Origin: Gammaproteobacteria bacterium
Lineage (GTDB): Bacteria > Pseudomonadota > Gammaproteobacteria > Eutrophobiales > Eutrophobiaceae
Direction: 5' to 3'
Assembly: GCA_965243205.1 (NCBI GenBank)
Contig: CBDEUK010000002.1
Span: 2,269,711 to 2,333,710 of the forward strand
DNA: 64,000 nt
Positions 9,205-18,099 of the stretch are shown one piece after another (the first letter of the stretch is position 1; each line of letters begins with the position of its first letter). The notes beneath the pieces were generated by a model. It was not told the origin of the DNA and did not search any database. It saw only the letters and a program-made list of their open reading frames with translations. The translations under genes and the position numbers were made by a program.

Positions 9205-9375
9205 TCCTATTTCAATCTAAAGTTTTAACTTAAGGCCTCAAACGTCGTCGATTGATGACGCCTGAGACAGTTTTCCAAATACTACAAATCAATAAGTGAT
9301 TGAAATATTTGGGTATTAAATTTGGCACAAAACATGTGACAGTTTAGATGTCTTGGAAATAAATGAGGGTATGCG

Positions 9376-9510
9376 ATGAAACGGAATATATCGTTAAATG
9401 AGTCAGAACCAGTCGATAAGAATAGTATTGGTCGTGCTCGTAATATTCTAATATTGATAATTGGTTCTATGTTGGTAATTTCTTCAGGAATTATCGAAAT
9501 AATTTTATAG
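9376..9510 (+). CDS. putative small (44 aa) single-TM protein
   Basis: Not in ORF track. RBS-like GAGGGT upstream; translates to MKRNISLNESEPVDKNSIGRARNILILIIGSMLVISSGIIEIIL, with a C-terminal hydrophobic helix and a terminator downstream. Confidence 0.45.
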   Translation: MKRNISLNESEPVDKNSIGRARNILILIIGSMLVISSGIIEIIL

Positions 9511-9548
9511 TTTTCTTTAACTCTGTATTTGATTGCTTAATACCAAAT

Positions 9549-9575
9549 AAAAAAGGCCGGTGTAAACCGGCCTTT
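9549..9575. terminator. intrinsic terminator (mainly for pseudoazurin, - strand)
   Basis: AAAAAAGGCCGG-tgtaaa-CCGGCCTTT. Confidence 0.8.
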
Positions 9576-9600
9576 GTCGTCTTTCTAAGTAGAAAACGAA

Positions 9601-10047
9601 TTATTTTACATAATTTTCAGCTTTTACTTTGTTAACTTTACCTAATAACTTACGAGCAAAGTCAGTTTGAGGCAATGCGCGTAGTCTTTCCATATAGACT
9701 TCTTTATCACCAGCATCACCAACTACAATCACGCCGTTCATGCCTAAACCAGCATGTGGTAAACATAAGTAACCATAAATACCTGGCTCGGTTAAAGTAA
9801 CAGAAATGTTTTTATTCATTTCGCCTTTCCAGCCTTCAACACCTTCAGGTGTGATAACAGATTCACTGTTGTGACCACCGTTTAATTTTTTGAAGTGTAC
9901 TGTGTCGCCAGGAGCGATATAAATAATTGGTTTATCAAAAGCGGTCAAACCTTTTGCATTAACATCATGCTCTGCTGCAAAAGCACTGTTAAAAGAAACT
10001 AATAAAGCTAATAGAGCTGAAAAAGAAAAAATACGACTTAATTTCAT
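9601..10047 (-). CDS. pseudoazurin/plastocyanin-family blue copper protein
   Basis: Signal peptide from ATG 10047 (RBS GGAGAG). Type-1 Cu ligands GHNSES ... CLPHAGLGM. Confidence 0.85.
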   Translation of the reverse strand: MKLSRIFSFSALLALLVSFNSAFAAEHDVNAKGLTAFDKPIIYIAPGDTVHFKKLNGGHNSESVITPEGVEGWKGEMNKNISVTLTEPGIYGYLCLPHAGLGMNGVIVVGDAGDKEVYMERLRALPQTDFARKLLGKVNKVKAENYVK

Positions 10048-10564
10048 GGGTAATCTCTCCACTGAGTAAAATTATTTTTAATAACCACATCAATTTTATT
10101 GTGGGTGCGACAATATGCCACAGTCAGCAGTAATTTCACACCCTAGAGGCAAATATATCGACAAAATCACAGAATATTTACCCGATATTCATCACTTTTA
10201 CATTTTAAGATAAAGGCTAAATTGCACTAGTGATGTTTAATTGGAGATTCTGAACGTAAAAAAATTCCATAAAAAATGTTAACTTTTTCACTAAACCCAT
10301 GAATTTAATATAAAAATTGCTAGTTTTATCACTATTTTTCCCTAATTGGGTTAGGATATAGCTATCGATGGTTAAAAAATAACCAATTTCATAAGTAAGC
10401 AAATCGACAGGATATTTTGTATCAGACAATATTTTGATGGGGCTAGAGTTACGGAGAATACATCAGATATACGTAATCCTGATGGATATTCGATTGAGAT
10501 TTTTATAGGTCTATATGTTAGAGAAACAAGACAAAGCTTAGGAATTAGCTGAGTAAGGAAAGAT

Positions 10565-11536
10565 TTGATGAATAAATTTTTAATTTTTTTAATCTTCGCT
10601 GCAGTGATTGTATTAATTGAATGGGATCGTCATTCTAAAAATACACAAGAATTTGAAGAGTCGGCTGTTCAAGAAAAACAAGTGCAGCAACATCAATACA
10701 GTGACGAAGATTTTGCTGAGATGGAAAGTATTACACCTGAAGGTAATTCTTTGGTGATGCGTTTAATTAAGGCAAACCCTCCGATCAATTCCGTAGAACA
10801 ATCGCGTAATGCAACGGTCTTTCTTTCCACTCCTTGGGGCAATTCTGGATCTGGATTCATATTAGATGAACAGTGTAATGCGGTAACGCATAAAAAATTA
10901 TTTGAGATCGATGCATCTAAATTATTAATCGAACGTGAAAGCATGAAAAAATCAATCTCAACCATTCAGCAAGAATTGAAGGAGCTAGAACAAGAATATG
11001 GTTATGTGTTGGAAGTAGAAGGTACAGGTGATAACTCTCGACGTCTGGATTTAGAAATGCGCCAATTAGCTCGATTAGAAAATAAATTCGAGTCGCAACT
11101 TAAAAAGTTAGATGTCTCGAGCACACGCAACGACTTCAAGGCTGTTTTAATCGATGGCACAGAATACGATATTTCCGGTTATAAACTTGATGAAGAGTAT
11201 GAATTGGCATTTTTTAAACTGCCTGAAAAACACTGTCCTATGGTGAATAAGAATTGCCCTAAGAATTTAGAGACGAATCAACCTCTAAATACGATCGTGA
11301 ACGGTGTAAATTCTTACTATCGAATGTTAGATGGAGAATATATAGATTCTGAAAACTTGAATAACATAGAGTATTTTTCTATGACAACTCCGGTCACGCC
11401 GAACAATCTAGGCGGCCCTGTTTTAGATTCTCGCGGTAACGTGGTTGGGATCAATTCAAGAGTGACATCAGATGAAAAATCCTATGCTTTGCCTATGTAC
11501 TTAGTAGAAAAGGCATATTTAAAGTACCAACCTTAA
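10565..11536 (+). CDS. membrane-anchored trypsin-like (S1C) fold protein with coiled-coil insert and degenerate catalytic triad
   Basis: GSGFIL, VTHKK (for TNxH), ELAFFKL (for DLA), PNNLGGPVLD...VVGIN (for PGNSGGP). Confidence 0.7.
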   Translation: MMNKFLIFLIFAAVIVLIEWDRHSKNTQEFEESAVQEKQVQQHQYSDEDFAEMESITPEGNSLVMRLIKANPPINSVEQSRNATVFLSTPWGNSGSGFILDEQCNAVTHKKLFEIDASKLLIERESMKKSISTIQQELKELEQEYGYVLEVEGTGDNSRRLDLEMRQLARLENKFESQLKKLDVSSTRNDFKAVLIDGTEYDISGYKLDEEYELAFFKLPEKHCPMVNKNCPKNLETNQPLNTIVNGVNSYYRMLDGEYIDSENLNNIEYFSMTTPVTPNNLGGPVLDSRGNVVGINSRVTSDEKSYALPMYLVEKAYLKYQP

Positions 11537-11629
11537 TAAACCATTACTAAAATCGCTGGGTTTCATTAACGACATCTTATAGAATGCCGCCCATCTTAAT
11601 TTACTAATAAATTTATAAGTATTTACCCA

Positions 11630-12637
11630 ATGTTTGAAAATAAAGTTGCTCTTACTGGCATTAAGCCGACAGGAACACCGCATCTAGGAAATTTGGTTGG
11701 TGCGATTCAACCGGTTTTAGAAATGGTGCATCAAGCAAGTCGCTCATATGTATTTGTAGCGGACTTACATTCATTAAATGCAATTCGCGATCGACAATTA
11801 ATTAAATCTTATACCTATGAAGTTGCAGCGACATTTTTGGCTTTAGGTTTAGATACAGAAAAGGCGATGTTATTTCGCCAATCGGATATCCCAGAAATTT
11901 ATCAACTGAATACGTTGTTAATGAATGTAACAGCAAAGGGTTTAATGAATCGTGCGCATGCTTATAAGGCTAGTGTCGATAAAAATGTAGAGGCAGGTAA
12001 TGATCCTGATGCTGCAATTAATATGGGATTGTTTACCTATCCGATTTTAATGGCCGCTGATATTTTGTTATACGGTTCAGATGTGGTTCCAGTCGGTAAA
12101 GATCAAAAACAACATGTTGAGTTTGCGCGTGATATCTGTGGTTGTTTCAATCACGCTTATAATAAGGAAGTACTCGTCACCCCTGAACCAGTTATTCAAG
12201 AGATTGCCAATGCGATTCCTGGTCTGGATGGTCGTAAGATGAGTAAGAGTTATGACAATACCATTCCTATTTTTATGGAAGCGAATCAATTAAAGAAACG
12301 TGTGATGAAAATCATTACTGATTCAAAATTACCAGAAGAATCAAAAGACCCAGATGAATCGACTATCTATCAACTGTATTTAAATTTTGCGAATGAAGAA
12401 CAAATACAATCGATGCGACAAGCTTTTATTGATGGAGGTATGGGTTATGGTGATGCGAAAAAATTATTGCTTGAAGCCATCAATGTAAAACTAGCTGAAC
12501 CGAGAGAAAAATATAAAGAATTGATGGCAAACCCAAAACAATTAGAAGAAGTTTTACAGCAAGGTGCAGAACGTGCTCGATATACTGCTATAAAAACGAT
12601 TCGCAAAGTTAAAAAAGCCATGCTTGGTACAGAATAA
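11630..12637 (+). CDS. trpS: tryptophan--tRNA ligase
   Basis: TGIKPTG, HLGN (HIGH), YPILMAADIL, VPVGKDQKQH, KMSKS. Confidence 0.95.
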   Translation: MFENKVALTGIKPTGTPHLGNLVGAIQPVLEMVHQASRSYVFVADLHSLNAIRDRQLIKSYTYEVAATFLALGLDTEKAMLFRQSDIPEIYQLNTLLMNVTAKGLMNRAHAYKASVDKNVEAGNDPDAAINMGLFTYPILMAADILLYGSDVVPVGKDQKQHVEFARDICGCFNHAYNKEVLVTPEPVIQEIANAIPGLDGRKMSKSYDNTIPIFMEANQLKKRVMKIITDSKLPEESKDPDESTIYQLYLNFANEEQIQSMRQAFIDGGMGYGDAKKLLLEAINVKLAEPREKYKELMANPKQLEEVLQQGAERARYTAIKTIRKVKKAMLGTE

Positions 12638-12668
12638 ATTTATTAAGACTATCTTTGGGAGAAATACT

Positions 12669-12950
12669 ATGACGACAGCAACAGCAAGACATATCTTGGT
12701 CGATACTGAAGAAGAATGTTTAGACTTAAAACAACAGATTGAAGATGGTACAGATTTCGCGGAAATCGCAGGCCAACATTCAAAATGCCCATCTGGTCGT
12801 AATGGTGGTGATTTAGGATCTTTTGGGCCTGGTCAAATGGTAAAAGAGTTTGACGAAGCAGTTTTTAATGGTGAAATAAATCAAGTTATTGGACCAGTTA
12901 AAACCCAGTTTGGTTATCACTTATTAGAAGTTACTAGCCGTACCGATTAA
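12669..12950 (+). CDS. ppiC: parvulin-type peptidyl-prolyl isomerase
   Basis: ARHILV, HSKCPSG..GGDLG.F.PGQMV.EFD, GPVKTQFGYH. Start moved to ATG 12669 (RBS GGAGA). Confidence 0.9.
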   Translation: MTTATARHILVDTEEECLDLKQQIEDGTDFAEIAGQHSKCPSGRNGGDLGSFGPGQMVKEFDEAVFNGEINQVIGPVKTQFGYHLLEVTSRTD

Positions 12951-13018
12951 AACTCGGATGGTTATACCAAAACAATAAAAAAGCTTCTTTAGCTTCGTTT
13001 TTTATAGTTGCTATATTG

Positions 13019-13047
13019 AAACCCATCTTAATGATGGGTTTTATTTT
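13019..13047 (+). terminator. intrinsic terminator
   Basis: AAACCCATC-ttaat-GATGGGTTT-TATTTT after ppiC. Confidence 0.65.
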
Positions 13048-13078
13048 ATCCAATCTTTTAGATCTCATGTCCTGATAT

Positions 13079-13105
13079 TAAATATTTTCTGAAAATGGCC
13101 GATAT
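13079..13105 (+). promoter_or_regulatory. sigma28 (FliA) promoter
   Basis: TAAA-N15-GCCGATAT (consensus TAAA-N15-GCCGATAA), 35 bp upstream of the ATG at 13141. Confidence 0.7.
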
Positions 13106-13140
13106 ATCAGCTTTGGCAGATTTATGGATTATGCAGGGCT

Positions 13141-14445
13141 ATGAACCAACCAGCTGAACAATTGAACGAGTCTGATGCTAATCAAAGGACCTACACCATT
13201 ATGTGTGTGGATGATGAAAAAAGCATTCTTTCCTCATTGAATCGTTTATTACGTAAATACTCTTATAAGATTCTTCTCGCTAATAGTGGTGCAGAGGGAT
13301 TGAAATTATTAGAACAGTCGCCAGTGGATCTGATTATTTCTGATATGCGTATGCCTGAAATGACTGGTGCGGTGTTTTTATCCGAAGTCAGTAAAAAATG
13401 GCCGGATACCATTCGAATTTTATTAACGGGTTATGCTGACCTTGAGTCAACTATTACAGCGGTAAACGATGGAGAAATTTATCGATACATCAGCAAACCA
13501 TGGGATGAAAACCATTTGGTCCAGACAATAAAACAAGCTCTGGAGGTTAAATATTTAGAAATTGAAAAAAATAGATTGGCTAAAGAACTCAGCGTAAAAA
13601 ATAAAGAGTTAGAGGAATTAAATAATAATCTTGAAAAAATAGTAGATGAGAGAACTGAGAAAATTCAGAAAACCTATAACAAAATCGTTTCTGTTTTTAC
13701 ACAGATAGTTGAATTAAAAGAAGGCAATGATTTAGCTGGACATTCAAGACGGGTTTCAGATTTAACTAAAAAAATATGTAAAGTTCTTAATGTGTCCAAG
13801 AAAGAAGAAGTTGACGTTTATTTAGCTTCTTTATTACATGATATTGGAAAAATTGGTATGGATGAAAAGATTGTAAATGAACCATACAATCAATTGTCAC
13901 CGAAAGGAAAAGAAGAATATCAAACACATGCCAGGAGAGGTTCATTATTACTAAAGTCATTACCATTAATTGAGGGTGCTTCACAAATCATACACTCTCA
14001 TCATGAAGCATATGATGGCTCTGGATTTCCAGAAGGTTTATCAGGTAATGATATTCCATTAGGTTCGATGATATTGGCGATTGCCAATGATTATGACAAT
14101 TTAATTATGGGAACAAAGTCGGGCAATAAAATGGAATGGGAGGAAGCGATAGAAATCATAAAAGAACGAAGTAATATTATTTATTCGTCAACAGTTGTTG
14201 CAGCCTTTTTAAAGGTTATGGAAGAGTTAATAGAATCTGGCGAAACCTATGAAGTTTCAGAGTACATTGTTAGCTCTTCGAATATAAAGCCAGGAATGAT
14301 TTTAGCAAGTGATGTTGTGACAAAGACAGATCTATTATTACTATCAAAGAAACAAAAGATCACCGAGAGTATGATAGAAAAAATTCATAACTATGAAAAA
14401 AAATATGGGGAAAATTTAATCATCACTATTTATAAGGAACTCTGA
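13141..14445 (+). CDS. response regulator with HD-GYP-type phosphohydrolase domain
   Basis: REC domain (VDDE, SDMRMP, LTG, KPW), coiled coil, GHSRRV, LHDIGK, HHEAYDGSGFP. Confidence 0.88.
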   Translation: MNQPAEQLNESDANQRTYTIMCVDDEKSILSSLNRLLRKYSYKILLANSGAEGLKLLEQSPVDLIISDMRMPEMTGAVFLSEVSKKWPDTIRILLTGYADLESTITAVNDGEIYRYISKPWDENHLVQTIKQALEVKYLEIEKNRLAKELSVKNKELEELNNNLEKIVDERTEKIQKTYNKIVSVFTQIVELKEGNDLAGHSRRVSDLTKKICKVLNVSKKEEVDVYLASLLHDIGKIGMDEKIVNEPYNQLSPKGKEEYQTHARRGSLLLKSLPLIEGASQIIHSHHEAYDGSGFPEGLSGNDIPLGSMILAIANDYDNLIMGTKSGNKMEWEEAIEIIKERSNIIYSSTVVAAFLKVMEELIESGETYEVSEYIVSSSNIKPGMILASDVVTKTDLLLLSKKQKITESMIEKIHNYEKKYGENLIITIYKEL

Positions 14446-14455
14446 TAGGAGCTTT

Positions 14456-15868
14456 ATGGAACAACCTATTCTCAATGACAATAATTATGCTGTGTTTAAA
14501 AAAGCCTACGAACAGGAGAAATCTAAGTGTTTAAAGCTTGAAAAACAAATAGCTGAATATGAAGAGAAACTAAACAGTCAAAATCATAAACCCATATCTA
14601 ATGAAGTTGATTCTGAGAAACAGAATAAAGCCATTTATTTAATAGAAAATACTCCTGCTGTGATTTATACCTGTGTTGCATCAGGTGATTTTAAAATCAC
14701 CTATATCAGTAAAAATGTTGAAAGAATGTTGGGTTATCAAGATGAGGAAGTTTTATCTGATCCAGACTTTTGGTTTAACCACATTCATGAAAATGATCGA
14801 AATGAAATTTTTATGATATTACCCAGATTGTGGGAAACAGGGCAACAAGAGCATGAATATAGGTTCTTAAATAAAGAAGGGGAATATGTTTGGGTACTTG
14901 ATACATTAAGAATTAGTTATGATGAAGATAAAAACCCATTAGAAGTAGTTGGTTCTTTAGTTAATATTACTAAACGCAAGGCGCTTGAAGAACAGTTGCA
15001 GGAAGAGAAAGATGAACAGGGAAAATTATTAGAACAAATTAATCAAACTCAAACACAATTAGTCCAATCTGAAAAGATGGCATCATTAGGTCAATTGGCA
15101 GCTGGAGTAGCTCATGAAATTAACAATCCAGTAGGTTTTGTTATGAGTAATCTATCAGTTCTTTCTGAATATTTTACTTTATATCACTCATTAATTAATA
15201 AATATTCTGAAATAGTAGAAAAATATTCACAAACGTCAGAAAAGTTTGCACAAGAAATTAAAGAGATCGAAAAAATTAAAGAGGATGAGGATTATTTATT
15301 TAAATCAGATGATACTAAAATGCTGATTACAGAATCAATGGAAGGGACAGAGCGAGTAAAAGATATTGTGCATCAACTAAAGTGTTTTTCACATGTTGAC
15401 CAGAATAGTATTTCCGAAGTTGATTTAAATGAAAATATAGAAAACACTATAAAAATAGTTTGGAATGAAATTAAATATAAAGCACAAATAGAAAAAGAAT
15501 TTGGTGAATTACCTACACTAAAATGTTTTTCAGCTGAATTAAATCAGGTTTTTATGAATATGTTGGTTAATGCGGCACATGCAATTGAAGAGTGTGGCTT
15601 AATCAAAATATCAACCAAATTAGAAGATGAGAATATTATAATTTGTATTAGTGATACAGGCAGTGGTATTGATCCTGAAAATTTAAAAAAATTGTATGAT
15701 CCATTTTTCACAACTAAACCTGTAGGGCATGGTACTGGTTTAGGCTTGTCTATTTCTTATGGAATTATCGAAAAACATAATGGGAAAATTGATGTTGAGA
15801 GTGAACTTGGAAAGGGAACAAAGTTTACTATTACATTACCAGTTAATAATGATATAAAAAATGATTAA
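14456..15868 (+). CDS. cytoplasmic PAS-domain sensor histidine kinase
   Basis: PAS/PAC, H-box EKMASLGQLAAGVAHEINNP, N-box NMLVNA, DTGSGI, FFTTK, GTGLGL. Confidence 0.9.
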   Translation: MEQPILNDNNYAVFKKAYEQEKSKCLKLEKQIAEYEEKLNSQNHKPISNEVDSEKQNKAIYLIENTPAVIYTCVASGDFKITYISKNVERMLGYQDEEVLSDPDFWFNHIHENDRNEIFMILPRLWETGQQEHEYRFLNKEGEYVWVLDTLRISYDEDKNPLEVVGSLVNITKRKALEEQLQEEKDEQGKLLEQINQTQTQLVQSEKMASLGQLAAGVAHEINNPVGFVMSNLSVLSEYFTLYHSLINKYSEIVEKYSQTSEKFAQEIKEIEKIKEDEDYLFKSDDTKMLITESMEGTERVKDIVHQLKCFSHVDQNSISEVDLNENIENTIKIVWNEIKYKAQIEKEFGELPTLKCFSAELNQVFMNMLVNAAHAIEECGLIKISTKLEDENIIICISDTGSGIDPENLKKLYDPFFTTKPVGHGTGLGLSISYGIIEKHNGKIDVESELGKGTKFTITLPVNNDIKND

Positions 15869-15906
15869 GTGTTTAATCATTGATTAATTATTCTGCATAT
15901 ATAAAT

Positions 15907-17109
15907 TTATTGAATAATTGAATCAATACTAATTGAAATGATTTCTTTTGTGTCGGTGGTAATATTATTAGCAATGCCTTGTAAATCACCTGTACTTGAT
16001 TTAGCTGTACCTGAATGACTGATTAATGCAATAATATTAACAGTATCAAAGTTTGATAGTTTCATGTTTGGAGTCATAGCCATATCATCATTTAGAATAA
16101 TCTTTTCAGGTATATTCCTAGGATCAATTTTAGCAACTGCTAAAGGCATAGCAGGGCCTGAACTAGCTTTAGCATAAACAAACAATACTGAGTCGGCTTT
16201 AATAAGTTGTTTTAGTTCTTCATCGAGCGTTACTTCTACTGTTAGTTGTTTTATTTCTATTGGCGTATTTATATCAGTTGAAGTATTTTGATTTTTAGTC
16301 GCGTCTATAATTTTTTGAATGGTTTTTCTTTGTGGAGCATCTTCTGGTATTTGATTCACTAGTGTTTCTAAATAAGCAATCTGTTGTGCAGTATTCTTTT
16401 TATAAGAAGCATCAATTGCGGCTAACCATAAAAGTTTAGGGTGCTCAGGGTTGACTTCTAGAGCTGTGTTTAATCTTTGAGTCGATTCCTCTGTAGGTTG
16501 GTTTTCATTCAATAACATTAATAATTCAATATAATCGGCTTCCATCTGCATATTCGATGGTTCTTGTTTTTGAGCTTCGTTTAGTGCTTTTAATGCTTCA
16601 TCAAATCGTTTTTGGTCGCGATAGGTTTTTGCTAAGAAATACCATTGCTCGGCATTACCACCATCGGATTTAAGTTTTTCCTCGAAAGCGATCAATAATT
16701 GTTCAGGATCTTGTTCTAGATCGGCCATTGTTGGGATATTATTTTGTAATGCTAATTCACCACCGCCGATAAGGAAGTAAATTCCGATTGCAAGTATGGG
16801 CGCTGAGAGAGCTATAAATAAATGGATGGGTTTGTTTGAACTAGATGATATATTGTTTTTAGAGGATGGGTTTTGTTTAAGATCCAAATACAGTTGTTTT
16901 TGATAACTTTCTAAAATTTCATCGTATTGTTTTTCATCTATATTTTGGTTTTCTAATTCGAGCTCTAATTCATGTTTACGTTGTTTGTATAAATCTGTGT
17001 ATTCATTATCAGATTCGATATTTATAGTGTTGTCTTGTTGAAGTGGTTTATATAAAACTAAAAAAGCAGCCAGAGACAACAGCGCTGAAATGAATAAAAA
17101 TATTATCAT
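15907..17109 (-). CDS. ccmI: cytochrome c maturation TPR protein CcmI/CycH
   Basis: N-terminal TM, TPR region, C-terminal GPAMPLAV...LNDDMAM domain; last gene of the ccm cluster. Confidence 0.85.
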   Translation of the reverse strand: MIIFLFISALLSLAAFLVLYKPLQQDNTINIESDNEYTDLYKQRKHELELELENQNIDEKQYDEILESYQKQLYLDLKQNPSSKNNISSSSNKPIHLFIALSAPILAIGIYFLIGGGELALQNNIPTMADLEQDPEQLLIAFEEKLKSDGGNAEQWYFLAKTYRDQKRFDEALKALNEAQKQEPSNMQMEADYIELLMLLNENQPTEESTQRLNTALEVNPEHPKLLWLAAIDASYKKNTAQQIAYLETLVNQIPEDAPQRKTIQKIIDATKNQNTSTDINTPIEIKQLTVEVTLDEELKQLIKADSVLFVYAKASSGPAMPLAVAKIDPRNIPEKIILNDDMAMTPNMKLSNFDTVNIIALISHSGTAKSSTGDLQGIANNITTDTKEIISISIDSIIQ

Positions 17110-17119
17110 GAATTAATGG

Positions 17120-17569
17120 TTATTTATCGAGTTTATTTAGGATGTTTTTGAGTTCTTCTTGTTCAGAAGATGATAACTCAGTGGATTGAGCTTTATGTTT
17201 TTTTAAAAAATTAACTAAAAATAAAATACCAAACACTAAGAATAAAATTGGGCCAAACCATAGTAAGTAATTGACAGGTTTTAATTGTGGTCTGTAAATA
17301 ATAAAGTCACCATAACGTTGCACCATAAACTCTATAATTTCATCGTTATTTTTACCCTCTGAAACTTGATTAAAAATTTCCTGTCTCAAGTCATCTGCTA
17401 AACCTGCACCAGAATCCGCTAAGTTTTGATTTTGACAAACTGGACATCGAAGTTCTTCGGTCAATTTTTTGAATTGTTGAGTTTGTTCAGGTGTCTCAAA
17501 CTCTACGACATCAATTGCCATAATTGAAGGGGATAACAATAATAAAATATATATTATGTATTGTTTCAT
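17120..17569 (-). CDS. ccmH: cytochrome c maturation protein CcmH
   Basis: ELRCPVCQNQNLADS, RYGDFIIYRP. Confidence 0.92.
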   Translation of the reverse strand: MKQYIIYILLLLSPSIMAIDVVEFETPEQTQQFKKLTEELRCPVCQNQNLADSGAGLADDLRQEIFNQVSEGKNNDEIIEFMVQRYGDFIIYRPQLKPVNYLLWFGPILFLVFGILFLVNFLKKHKAQSTELSSSEQEELKNILNKLDK

Positions 17570-17571
17570 TT

Positions 17572-18099
17572 TTAGCTATTATTTAACCGTTGAATTAAAG
17601 GTAGCAATTCAGAATGCATAATTTCTTCTGATAACGGCCCAATAATTTTGTGTTGAATAATACCTTGTTTATCTAGAACAAATGTTTCTGGTACACCATA
17701 AACACCCCAGTCAATTCCAACCTTACCTTGTAGGTCAAAAGCAATTTCCGAATAAGGGTTTTTAAATTCTTTAAGCCATGCTTTGGCATCAACAGCTTCA
17801 TCTTTATAATTTAATCCAATAAGTTTCACATGATGTTGTTCTTGTAACTCAACTAATAGATGATGCTCTTGACGACAAGCTGTGCACCAACTGGCCCATA
17901 CATTCATTAAGACAACTTCACCTTTAATACTCTCATTACTAATTATTTTATTCGCATCGAACAATGTTGGTAATGAAAATGCTGGTGCAGGTTTACCAAT
18001 AAAAGGAGAAGGAATTTTTTTTGGGTCGCCGTAAAGTGCGATTATAAAAAATCCGACTATGACAAAAAAAATAACAACAGGTATGAATACTTTTTTCAT
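17572..18099 (-). CDS. ccmG: periplasmic thiol:disulfide oxidoreductase CcmG/DsbE
   Basis: NVWASWCTAC, GVYGVPETF. Confidence 0.92.
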   Translation of the reverse strand: MKKVFIPVVIFFVIVGFFIIALYGDPKKIPSPFIGKPAPAFSLPTLFDANKIISNESIKGEVVLMNVWASWCTACRQEHHLLVELQEQHHVKLIGLNYKDEAVDAKAWLKEFKNPYSEIAFDLQGKVGIDWGVYGVPETFVLDKQGIIQHKIIGPLSEEIMHSELLPLIQRLNNS

